DNA of 24,814 nucleotides from a virus (Duplodnaviria > Caudoviricetes). The notes under the pieces are model-generated. The model did not search any database and was not told where the DNA came from. It was given only the letters and a program-made list of their open reading frames with translations. Both the position numbers and the translations under genes were made by a program. How positions within the stretch are numbered: the stretch's first letter is position 1; each line of letters opens with the position of its first letter. Location of the stretch: positions 1-24,814 of IMG/VR virus record IMGVR_UViG_3300033514_000118. The stretch is one strand, 5' to 3'. Positions 16,745 to 24,814 of this stretch are shown here, piece by piece.

Positions 16745-17287
16745 ATGATTAACGAACTGATATATGAATACCAAAACACTTTATCTGATAAAACACTTCT
16801 AAAAGTTAGAAAAGAATTAGAATTACTATCTAAAAAGATATTTTCTTCTATGAAAATAAAAGATAATGATATAAAGAATTATCTTATTAATGAAGTTATA
16901 TTTAAGATATATAAGCACATACATAATTTAGATATTAATAAGAATATAGAATCTTATATTTATACAATTATTAAAAATTCATACTTTGATTATAAGAAAA
17001 ATAACAACCCAATACTTTCCCTTCCAATTGAATATGCCATTAATATAGAAAATACAAATTCAGACTATAATTATAAAAAAGAAATAGACGTTATTTTATT
17101 ACAAATAGATATTAAATATAAAGATATATGTAATGATATTATATATTATTCATCTGATATTACAAAATTAATGACTAAATATAATTTGACCTATGCTTTA
17201 TTTAAGCCAACTTATGATATTTGTATATCTTTAATAAAAGACATTATTCAAAATAAGCCAAAATACGAAGTTATAATATATGAATAA
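16745..17287 (+). CDS. ECF-like RNA polymerase sigma factor
   Basis: INEVIFKIYK..HNLDINKNIESYIYTIIKNSYFDYKK (region 2) plus a degenerate helical region-4-like C-terminus. Confidence 0.65.
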   Translation: MINELIYEYQNTLSDKTLLKVRKELELLSKKIFSSMKIKDNDIKNYLINEVIFKIYKHIHNLDINKNIESYIYTIIKNSYFDYKKNNNPILSLPIEYAINIENTNSDYNYKKEIDVILLQIDIKYKDICNDIIYYSSDITKLMTKYNLTYALFKPTYDICISLIKDIIQNKPKYEVIIYE

Positions 17288-17894
17288 TACAATATACATT
17301 TGTGGGGGAGGAAGCTCTTTAAAAGGTTTCAGATTCGATTTATTAAAGGGTTTAAATGTAATTGCAATTAACAAGGCATTAATTTATGTACCTTTTGCAA
17401 AATATTTATTCTTTAATGACTATAATTTCTATAAGATGTTAATTCCATCTAAAGATAGAGTCCCTAAAGATGATAATAAATTAATAGATACATTTAATGA
17501 ATTTAAAGGAACTTCTTATACATTAGCCAAAAGAGTAACAGATAAAAGAATTATTGTATTAAAGAATACAGGAGTAGATGGCTTAGAATTAGATAAGAAT
17601 GGTTTAAGAAATGGCAATAATTCTGGATATGGAGCAATTAATTTAGCATATCATTTAGGAGCAACAAAGATATATTTATTAGGATATGATATGAAAAATA
17701 TAGATAATACATCACATTTTCATTCTGGATATGGTGAAACTAATACTCAATATACATATAATAAATTTATGAAACCTTTTGATGAATTAGCTAAAATATT
17801 AAAAGAATTAAATATAGAAGTGATAAATTGTAGTATTGATTCTGCTTTAAACTGTTTCCCAAAGATAGATATAAACGAAATGCCACTTGTTTAA
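17280..17894 (+). CDS. Maf/MptE (DUF115)-like or Cst-type glycosyltransferase-fold protein
   Basis: IYICGGGSSL, IAINKA, NSGYGAINLAYHLGATKIYLLGYDM, HF, INCS. Confidence 0.7.
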   Translation: MNNTIYICGGGSSLKGFRFDLLKGLNVIAINKALIYVPFAKYLFFNDYNFYKMLIPSKDRVPKDDNKLIDTFNEFKGTSYTLAKRVTDKRIIVLKNTGVDGLELDKNGLRNGNNSGYGAINLAYHLGATKIYLLGYDMKNIDNTSHFHSGYGETNTQYTYNKFMKPFDELAKILKELNIEVINCSIDSALNCFPKIDINEMPLV

Positions 17895-17903
17895 GGTGGC
17901 ATT
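17879..17903. terminator. Hairpin at the junction of convergent operons
   Basis: AATGCCAC-TTGTTTAAG-GTGGCATT overlapping the stop of 17280-17894. Confidence 0.6.
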
Positions 17904-17926
17904 AAGAAAATAGAGAGAAAGTGTTT

Positions 17927-18814
17927 TTACCAACCTAATGTATAAGTTGCTGTAATTCTATAATATGACAAATTTGGATCACCAGGAAAGTCAGCCAAAA
18001 ATATTTTAACATCTCCATTAGTTTCTAATACTAAAAATGCTTTTCCATAAACTGCTCTTGTAGTAACACCATCAATATCTAAAAATTGTGTTTTAGAGTC
18101 AGCATTATATATAGGTAGAAATTTTCTACTAGATGGATATATTGCTGATGGTAATGTACCAATTTTTACACCAGGATAAGTTGTTGCACCTTCTGTTACA
18201 GGGGATGCATTTTTATAAACTGTTCCAGATATATTTACATCTCCATAAGGGTTTACAGTATATTTTAATTCAGGTTCAGTAACTATTGCAGTATAACTAT
18301 TGAAATAAGATAATGCTGTCCATACACGATTATAGTTATTTTTAGTATAAAGACTTAAATAATATTGTCCACCACTATTATTAAATAGTTTTTCAATTAA
18401 AGCATATTCAAAACGTTGAATTGTATAGGCTTGAATGTCAAAAGTTGCTCCACCAGTTGCAGTTTCGTCAAAATAACATCTATGTATTTCATAAGTATCA
18501 TAAGATAAGCCGCTTTTAAAAGACTTATTTCCAGTAGGATCATATACTATTTCATCGTGAATATAAACATCTTGTTCTGTTGAAAATGTATAAGAATCGA
18601 ATTGATATATCTTACCATCTTTAAATAAATATCCATCAGAATATATACTTACTGTATCACTAACTCCTCCAGTTAAGAAAAAAGTAGTATCTACATCAGA
18701 GTATGCCCTTAATATTGCAGAGAATATTGACTTATATGCATCTTGCATAAATTCAAAATCATCATTTCTAAGTGGAAGTCCACCGTCATTGGTTGTTGTT
18801 CTAAATGTATTCAT
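17927..18814 (-). CDS. Tail fibre / baseplate-associated protein
   Basis: N-terminal GGLPLRNDDFEFMQDAY resembles Bacteroidota phage fibres; C-terminal VNISG...IGTLPSAIYPS receptor-tip-like motif; follows baseplate genes. Confidence 0.65.
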   Translation of the reverse strand: MNTFRTTTNDGGLPLRNDDFEFMQDAYKSIFSAILRAYSDVDTTFFLTGGVSDTVSIYSDGYLFKDGKIYQFDSYTFSTEQDVYIHDEIVYDPTGNKSFKSGLSYDTYEIHRCYFDETATGGATFDIQAYTIQRFEYALIEKLFNNSGGQYYLSLYTKNNYNRVWTALSYFNSYTAIVTEPELKYTVNPYGDVNISGTVYKNASPVTEGATTYPGVKIGTLPSAIYPSSRKFLPIYNADSKTQFLDIDGVTTRAVYGKAFLVLETNGDVKIFLADFPGDPNLSYYRITATYTLGW

Positions 18815-18832
18815 TTTATGTTTTTATTTTTA

Positions 18833-19381
18833 TTAACTGTAATAGGAATCTAATATGTAAGAATATCCACCTAATTTATATTTATTTACTATACTTGTTA
18901 TATAGTCAGTATCTGTTATTGAGTCTGGATAATTTACTACAAAGTCGTAAGTATCATTATCAACTTCGGTATTTGTATATATATAATTTTCTTCAAATAT
19001 TGTTTCTAAACTTTCATCATTATTAAATACATAAATTTGAGGATCATTTAAATCACTATCTGCATCACTACCATTATTAAATATATAAAGTTGATCTATA
19101 TACACACCTTCATCTAACCATATAGATACATTCGTATCAATTGGAAATGGAAAGTTATAATAGTCATTTAATTGATGTTCTAGACTTAATACTTGTCCAT
19201 TGTGTAATAATTCATATTCAGCATCACTTTCATAAGTTAAGAAGTCAGAATATAAGTTTTTACTTGGTTTTACTAAAGATAATATTAATTGATATAAATT
19301 ATTATTCAGATAATATTTAAATTTATGTACAACTGGAAGTAAGTCTTCTACTATTTTATTAATATTTATTGTTGGTAACAT
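18833..19381 (-). CDS. Baseplate wedge protein (gpI-like position)
   Basis: HNGQVLSLEHQLND, DFVVNYP, VNKYKLGG; directly after the J-like gene. Confidence 0.65.
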   Translation of the reverse strand: MLPTININKIVEDLLPVVHKFKYYLNNNLYQLILSLVKPSKNLYSDFLTYESDAEYELLHNGQVLSLEHQLNDYYNFPFPIDTNVSIWLDEGVYIDQLYIFNNGSDADSDLNDPQIYVFNNDESLETIFEENYIYTNTEVDNDTYDFVVNYPDSITDTDYITSIVNKYKLGGYSYILDSYYS

Positions 19382-19384
19382 ATC

Positions 19385-20245
19385 TTAGTATTTCTTTGTA
19401 TATGTAATTGAACCACTTAAAGGGAATGCACTTGCTATTTGGCAATATCCTGCAACACTTGTATAATAATTATCAAATGCTACATAAGGCGCAGAACTAT
19501 TTTTACCTTCACCTGATATGAATCTAACAGCTTTAACTCCTGTTATAGCTTTTAAATTTACGTTTAGTTGGTTAATATCTAATTCTCCATTAAAAGGTAT
19601 ATTCTTAATATATGTATTTATTGCAGCTTCTACTAAAGGTTGTATAGTTGTTAATGCTATGATTGGATCATAAAATACTTCATAATACAATTTAATATCA
19701 TCAGCACTTAAGTTATAAATTACAACTCTTGTACCAGCAAATTTTAGTTTTGATACATATCCTTCAAATGCAGTTAATTCACCACCAGATAATATATCTG
19801 TATTTTTTCTTCTTATCTTTAAATATACAATTCCACCTCTTTCAATTGCAGCACTATGTTCAACTATTTGTTTTGTAGTATCTATAATAGAATATCCAAC
19901 TGCATAAGTTGTTGTATCTACTGTTAAAGTATCCCCATATTGAAATGCTTTGGCTTTAGTTTCCCACCAAGCTAATGTTCCAACAAAAGCAGATGCTATA
20001 ATAGTTTCAACATTTGTTTTAAATGTATCCCAAAGTGTTTCTTGTAAATACATCACTACAGAAATTACATAGAATATAAGTTTCCATATAGCTACTTTAG
20101 ATGTAGTAGTCAGTCTTGTTAATAAGTCTTGCTCAGTGCTAATTGCAGAAGATCCATCTTCATTTAGAAGTTTGTCTTTCAAAGTAGCCATTGTATTTTT
20201 TTCAGTTATTATGCTTTCATAAATTTGTGATATGCTTCGTGCCAT
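19385..20245 (-). CDS. Baseplate J-like protein
   Basis: MARSISQI, SKVAIWKL, GTLAWW..KAKAFQYGD, KLKFAGT, AINTYIKNIPFNG. Confidence 0.75.
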   Translation of the reverse strand: MARSISQIYESIITEKNTMATLKDKLLNEDGSSAISTEQDLLTRLTTTSKVAIWKLIFYVISVVMYLQETLWDTFKTNVETIIASAFVGTLAWWETKAKAFQYGDTLTVDTTTYAVGYSIIDTTKQIVEHSAAIERGGIVYLKIRRKNTDILSGGELTAFEGYVSKLKFAGTRVVIYNLSADDIKLYYEVFYDPIIALTTIQPLVEAAINTYIKNIPFNGELDINQLNVNLKAITGVKAVRFISGEGKNSSAPYVAFDNYYTSVAGYCQIASAFPLSGSITYTKKY

Positions 20246-20253
20246 AATTTATC

Positions 20254-20880
20254 TTATTTTTTATTAATAGTCCATCCAAGATAAGATTCCCTATCATTAG
20301 TTATAACTTTGTTTATTTGATATTTTTTTAAATTGTATTTTTCTTCTAATTCATATTTTGTGCCAACAAATAAATCGCCAGTTTGTTTATTATAAAATGA
20401 ATAAATATTATCTTTATATTTTTGTTTAGAATGTCTTATCTTTTCTATTGTATCTATAGATAATAATTTACCTTTTTTATTAGTATTTCCCAATTGAGCT
20501 TTACTTTGTTTTACTTTAGTTTCATTGCTAACTATTCTACCGATGTTTGATAATCTTATCTTTTCTATAGTTTCATCAGAATGTTTATAGTCATTAGAAC
20601 CTCCTGTTGTAGAATTATATCCTTTTCTACCTAAACAATTCCAATACTTTATCCAATAAATTTCTTGTTCATCTAATTCTAATGGATTACATTCACATAT
20701 AACTGAATAAATAAAATTATCTTTACCATATTTTCTTATTGCTTTATGTATAGTCATATTATCATCAGGATTTTTTGAACTACTTATATGTTCTCCTACT
20801 CTTTGTTTTAAAGTATTTTTACTTTGTCCAACATAGCATTTTTTATTAATCTTATTCTGTATTAAATAAATTATTGCCAT
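20254..20880 (-). CDS. GIY-YIG homing endonuclease with NUMOD3 repeats
   Basis: AIIYLIQN..CYVGQS..KQR..EH, QEIYWI, GYN; HSDETIEKIR, SNETKVKQS, SIDTIEKIR; FVGTKYE...RESYLGW. Confidence 0.92.
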   Translation of the reverse strand: MAIIYLIQNKINKKCYVGQSKNTLKQRVGEHISSSKNPDDNMTIHKAIRKYGKDNFIYSVICECNPLELDEQEIYWIKYWNCLGRKGYNSTTGGSNDYKHSDETIEKIRLSNIGRIVSNETKVKQSKAQLGNTNKKGKLLSIDTIEKIRHSKQKYKDNIYSFYNKQTGDLFVGTKYELEEKYNLKKYQINKVITNDRESYLGWTINKK

Positions 20881-20882
20881 AA

Positions 20883-21326
20883 TTATTTTTTATTTTCTGT
20901 AATTAAACTTTCTATATTTTTATTTAATTCTATTGTAGTTGCATCTCTCTTTGCAATACTTTCAATTAAATTTCTTATTGCTAATGTCATAGATTCGTTA
21001 CTTGTTACAAGTTGTTTAAATGCTTGACTATTATCTGAAATTATAGTTAATAGTTTAGCTTCAGTTTCTTGTAAATGTGTTAAGAATTTTGAATTTAATA
21101 ATTCCTTTTCTGTTTTTATTTCTATTAATTCAGTTTTAAAACCAGTACTTACTTCTTTATATGTATTTAATACACTATCTTGTTGTGCTTTATTAGTTTT
21201 ATCTTGGTATCTAATGATAATTATCATAAATACGCTAAATATTCCTAGTACACCATAAGATAGTAATGATTGTTCTGAAGTTGCTGCGTCAATAAAAGCT
21301 TGTAGTATCATTATATCAATCTCCAT
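20883..21326 (-). CDS. Putative holin (single TM plus coiled coil)
   Basis: LLSYGVLGIFSVFMIIII hydrophobic segment followed by a long heptad-rich region, BhlA/UviB-like architecture. Confidence 0.5.
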   Translation of the reverse strand: MEIDIMILQAFIDAATSEQSLLSYGVLGIFSVFMIIIIRYQDKTNKAQQDSVLNTYKEVSTGFKTELIEIKTEKELLNSKFLTHLQETEAKLLTIISDNSQAFKQLVTSNESMTLAIRNLIESIAKRDATTIELNKNIESLITENKK

Positions 21327-21877
21327 TTATTACTTATTTTTACTATTCTTGACTTTTTAAATAAATCATATGGAATAAAATTAAATTTATCTTTAAATTC
21401 AAGTCTTGTACCTTTAAATATTTCTTTTGTTAATACGTTTTCAAATGTGTAAATATCTTTATCTGAATTAGCTAATGATATTGATTTTTTAGTCTTATCT
21501 GTATGATTTTTACCATAAAAAGTATTACAAACTCCTGTTTTTATCAAACTCATATTAGACTTTGTAGTTTCGCTATGTCTAAAACCTAATTGTCCTTCTC
21601 CACCATCTGACATATTATATCCAAAACCTGTTATGTAATGTGTATTATAGTATTTTATCCAATAAACTTCTTGTTCATTTAAGTCTTCATCTTTACATTC
21701 ACATATTATATCCCATTTAAAATTTGATAAACCGTATTTATGCAAAGCTTTATGAAATATGCTATTATCTTTACCTGCTAAAAATTGATGTGCTTTTATT
21801 CTATTTTTAACATCAGTACTTTTACCAACATATATTTTTTTATTAATTATATTTTGTGCAATATAGATATTACCCAT
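21311..21877 (-). CDS. GIY-YIG homing endonuclease with NUMOD3 repeats
   Basis: GNIYIAQN..IYVGKS..KNR..AH, QEVYWI, GYNMSDGGEG; HSETTKSNMS, FYGKNHTDKTK; FKGTRLEF...NKW. Confidence 0.92.
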   Translation of the reverse strand: MGNIYIAQNIINKKIYVGKSTDVKNRIKAHQFLAGKDNSIFHKALHKYGLSNFKWDIICECKDEDLNEQEVYWIKYYNTHYITGFGYNMSDGGEGQLGFRHSETTKSNMSLIKTGVCNTFYGKNHTDKTKKSISLANSDKDIYTFENVLTKEIFKGTRLEFKDKFNFIPYDLFKKSRIVKISNKWRLI

Positions 21878-21929
21878 TTCTTTTTATTATTTATATCATA
21901 CTATATACAAAATATAGTGTTTTTTATTT

Positions 21930-22517
21930 TTAAGAGTTGAATCCAATTGAGAATCCAATTGTAAATCCTCTTAATTCATTATCTGTAGTGAAGTCACTAT
22001 TCTTTGAACTTATTATTATATTATTCTTAATATAATAACTAGTAAATACATTATTTGACTTACTATCTTTTATTTTGTTTGTGAATGTATCAAAACTATC
22101 ATAATTTGTATTTTGTTCAACTAAAAAAGATATTAAATCATCTATCTTACCTTTATTAGTTAATAAATAATCAAATGTATTTTGGTCATTATACTTATAT
22201 AAAGTGGTTGAATTATCTGTTATAATATTAGTATTTGGTATATTATCACTTTTTATAGGAATATCGTCAGTTGTAAAAGATGTTGGATCATTAAAATTCA
22301 CATTCTTAGATACAACTTTACTATTTTTATTCCTAAAATAATAATTAGTAATATCATTTGATATATAATTATCATATAATTTAGTAGATAATACATCAAA
22401 ATTATCATAATCAGTATTTTGTTCAACTAAAAATGATATTAAATCATCTATCTTACCTTTATTGGTTAATAAATAATCAAATATATTTTGTTCGTTATAT
22501 TTATATAATGTACTCAT
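21930..22517 (-). CDS. Baseplate LysM/gpX-like protein with internal duplication
   Basis: Two copies of TLYKYNxQNxFDYLLTNKGKIDDLISFLVEQNT 102 aa apart; position after gp25-like gene; C-terminal GFTIGFSIGF. Confidence 0.5.
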   Translation of the reverse strand: MSTLYKYNEQNIFDYLLTNKGKIDDLISFLVEQNTDYDNFDVLSTKLYDNYISNDITNYYFRNKNSKVVSKNVNFNDPTSFTTDDIPIKSDNIPNTNIITDNSTTLYKYNDQNTFDYLLTNKGKIDDLISFLVEQNTNYDSFDTFTNKIKDSKSNNVFTSYYIKNNIIISSKNSDFTTDNELRGFTIGFSIGFNS

Positions 22518-22795
22518 TATCTTACTGCATCAATTTTTATTTGTCCATCATAATAAATAGATTTAACATTAAACCCATCTAATTTAAGCATTGTTTGTAT
22601 TTTTGTTTTTAATTCTTGATTCCATACACCATTACTAAATTTATTAATATCTACTCCAAATGTAGGATGTTGTTTTAATTGTCCTTCACCTGTAAGACAT
22701 ATCAATTCTATTTCTTGGTTTGTAGATTCATCTATTACTAAGTCATTATTAATAAAAGATATATCATAGTCTGTATTTAATTTAATATCATTCAT
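22517..22795 (-). CDS. Baseplate gp25/gpW-like protein
   Basis: DIKL...DLVIDESTNQEIELI...GQLKQHPTFGVDI. Confidence 0.75.
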   Translation of the reverse strand: MNDIKLNTDYDISFINNDLVIDESTNQEIELICLTGEGQLKQHPTFGVDINKFSNGVWNQELKTKIQTMLKLDGFNVKSIYYDGQIKIDAVR

Positions 22796-24348
22796 TATAC
22801 GTATCTTCTTTTTGTTGAAATATATATTCCATTTACTTTAAATGTTGAATCTTTATCTGATACAAAATAAATAGCTGCTGGATTATCTAATGTTCCACTA
22901 TTTCCAATATAAAAATGTTTATCTATTGTAATATAATATGTTCCTGTTGATTTATAACTTATAGTATTCATAATTGCAATATTATAAGGAGCTCCGCCAA
23001 TATCAAATGTAATATACATATTTATATCTGTATTAATAGATAGTGTAGTAGCAACAATATCAACTCTTATTAATACTTCATCACCAATTGCTAATTCTTT
23101 AAGATAAAGTCTATTTGTTGCAGTATCCCATAATTTAGTTACATCAAGTGGTTTATAAGTAGAATTTGAATATGCTCCTGCTCCATCACAAGTTAATGCT
23201 ACTGGTGTATTTGCTGTTGCAGTTATTGGTGTACTTTGTGTAGTAACATCATTATAATCAAACCATCCATCTAAACTTTGTGCTGTTAATGGACTTGCAA
23301 TTGTTCCTGCTCCTGTTAATAAATTTCCAGATGTAGTAATTGAACTTAAAAAGCTTCCCTGAATTGCAGTATTATTACTATTCGTACCAGTTAATTTAGT
23401 ACTTTCAGTAATTACCCAGTTAGATGCTGTATATCTTACTATAATTTTTTGTATAAATACGTATTCACTTAGTATTGCATCTCCTAAATTGACTGAACTT
23501 ATACCTAATGCCTTAATAGTTCCTAATGATGTAGATACTGTTTGTGGTTGAATGAATTCAAATCTGTATAGTTGTGATGTAGTATCAGAAGCAACTGGTA
23601 CAGACATTACGAATATAGCACCGTAAGCATTATTTGGAAATAAAGTTTGCCCCCAAGTTGGATTAGCAAAGTTATTATAATATGGTTGATTAGTAGATAG
23701 AGATATAATATCTGCATTTCCAGTAGTAAAAGTTGTTACTCCTGTACTTGTTAAATATCTATGTGTATATAAACCATTATTTAAAATAGGCAAAGTTACT
23801 TCTAAATCTTCATCTTTTATTACACATTGACTAATTACAGGTCTTCTATGTGCAGCAGTTGTTGAATTTTGTATTAATGCTGTAAAATCTCCACCACTTG
23901 AACGATATGTTCCAATAGTTTCGTGCAATTCCTGATGTGTCGACCAACTCATTAAGCCGTGTGTCTCTTTTAAGGAAAATTTATTTGCTGTTGAATAAAA
24001 AACAAAAGCGATTTGTAACATATCAAATGTCCAAGGAGTTTGACTCCATACAAAATTAGTTCCATCATAATATAAAAACCAATTACCATTTGTTGCAGTA
24101 TGAGCAGCAGATACCCAACCAGATATTAAAGCAGATACTAAAGTACCTCTAAAATATGCAGTTGTTGTTCCAGTTAATGTAATAGTTCTATTCGTACTAT
24201 CATAATTTACTATTACTAATTCAGGACTTACAAAACCAGTTGGATCTTTTGTAATTATATTATCATTTTTTATATTAACACCATTATATTTTAATATAGT
24301 GTTGGACTGGTCATCTACCAGATTAGTTGTTATCTTTATATCAGCCAT
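22795..24348 (-). CDS. Putative virion fibre/spike structural protein
   Basis: 517 aa, Thr/Ser/Gly-rich beta-type composition; C-terminal jelly-roll-like domain; located in the tail block. Confidence 0.5.
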   Translation of the reverse strand: MADIKITTNLVDDQSNTILKYNGVNIKNDNIITKDPTGFVSPELVIVNYDSTNRTITLTGTTTAYFRGTLVSALISGWVSAAHTATNGNWFLYYDGTNFVWSQTPWTFDMLQIAFVFYSTANKFSLKETHGLMSWSTHQELHETIGTYRSSGGDFTALIQNSTTAAHRRPVISQCVIKDEDLEVTLPILNNGLYTHRYLTSTGVTTFTTGNADIISLSTNQPYYNNFANPTWGQTLFPNNAYGAIFVMSVPVASDTTSQLYRFEFIQPQTVSTSLGTIKALGISSVNLGDAILSEYVFIQKIIVRYTASNWVITESTKLTGTNSNNTAIQGSFLSSITTSGNLLTGAGTIASPLTAQSLDGWFDYNDVTTQSTPITATANTPVALTCDGAGAYSNSTYKPLDVTKLWDTATNRLYLKELAIGDEVLIRVDIVATTLSINTDINMYITFDIGGAPYNIAIMNTISYKSTGTYYITIDKHFYIGNSGTLDNPAAIYFVSDKDSTFKVNGIYISTKRRYV

Positions 24349-24350
24349 TT

Positions 24351-24695
24351 TTAAAGTGTATTTATATATTCAAGATATTCTTCACTTGTATTAAATTGTA
24401 ATATATCTGATACATTATTAATCATTTCTTGAATATCTGGCATAATAACATATAAATTTGCTTCCAAACAATATCCTATTAATTCATATATTTTATCAGA
24501 TTCCGATTTATAACCATTTCTAATAAATGATGTTTCGCCTAATATATTGACATTAAATACTAATGAATCTGTTTCATTTAATATATTAGATTCTTGATAT
24601 ACGCCTGTAATAATAATTATATTATTATTTTCTAACCAACTATTTAAAATTGGTACTATCGTATTTTCGTAACTTTTTGGAATGTAGTAATACAT
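24351..24695 (-). CDS. Hypothetical protein
   Basis: 114 aa, tightly packed in the tail operon. Confidence 0.6.
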   Translation of the reverse strand: MYYYIPKSYENTIVPILNSWLENNNIIIITGVYQESNILNETDSLVFNVNILGETSFIRNGYKSESDKIYELIGYCLEANLYVIMPDIQEMINNVSDILQFNTSEEYLEYINTL

Positions 24696-24714
24696 ATATT
24701 TATATTTATTTTAT

Positions 24715-24814
24715 TTAGTAAGATGTTAATGGATTTCCATACTTATCAACCCAACTATTAGTTGCACCTAAGTCAGTAGTTTCTATTGCATAATTCATCA
24801 ATGTTCCGTGATAA
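24715..24814 (-). CDS. 3' end of a gene entering from the right edge (possibly LamG-like)
   Basis: ...YHGTLMNYAIETTDLGATNSWVDKYGNPLTSY*; HGTL.N...W resembles LamG-domain C-termini. Confidence 0.5.
   Translation of the reverse strand, partial: YHGTLMNYAIETTDLGATNSWVDKYGNPLTSY

Noticed and set aside
10341-19026. ORFs 10341+, 11861+, 15157-, 15308-, 18805+
   Set aside because: Low-complexity F/I/L/Y-rich antisense frames overlapping better-supported genes.
22100-22510. DGR template/variable repeat or CRISPR interpretation of repeats
   Set aside because: No reverse transcriptase or cas gene in the window; the repeats are in-frame domain duplications with no repeat-spacer periodicity.
1-24814. 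Stop-codon reassignment; tRNA genes
   Set aside because: Conserved genes are full length in the standard code with high coding density; no cloverleaf was recognised by eye.

Overview
Very AT-rich (roughly 22-25% GC by eye) tailed-phage DNA with a Mu-like contractile-tail virion module of the kind seen in Bacteroidota phages. Starts lack Shine-Dalgarno motifs and have A-rich leaders. Minus-strand packaging/head block (~10.1 kb to left edge): small terminase, NlpC/P60 peptidase, intein-containing large terminase, gp36-like adaptor, DUF935 portal, neck/tail-completion genes, prohead protease-scaffold, major capsid, tail sheath. Plus-strand block (12.2-17.9 kb): two sigma-like genes, an AEP-type primase followed by a perfect 34-bp inverted repeat, DUF3223, small nucleases and a Maf/MptE-like enzyme. 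Minus-strand baseplate/tail-fibre/holin block (17.9 kb to right edge). The layout suggests a circularly permuted genome. Homing-type elements are dense: four long GIY-YIG genes sharing a C-terminal domain, an unannotated remnant of that domain, a short GIY-YIG, a mini-HNH and a class 3 (Ala1, WCT) LAGLIDADG intein. The most notable unexplained signal is a pair of ~66-nt 5' leaders (11275-11340 minus; 13436-13502 plus). Their stem sequences differ but both predict the same three-stem pseudoknot directly after a shared TATATA promoter-like motif. All protein calls come from motif recognition by eye; no database searches were run.
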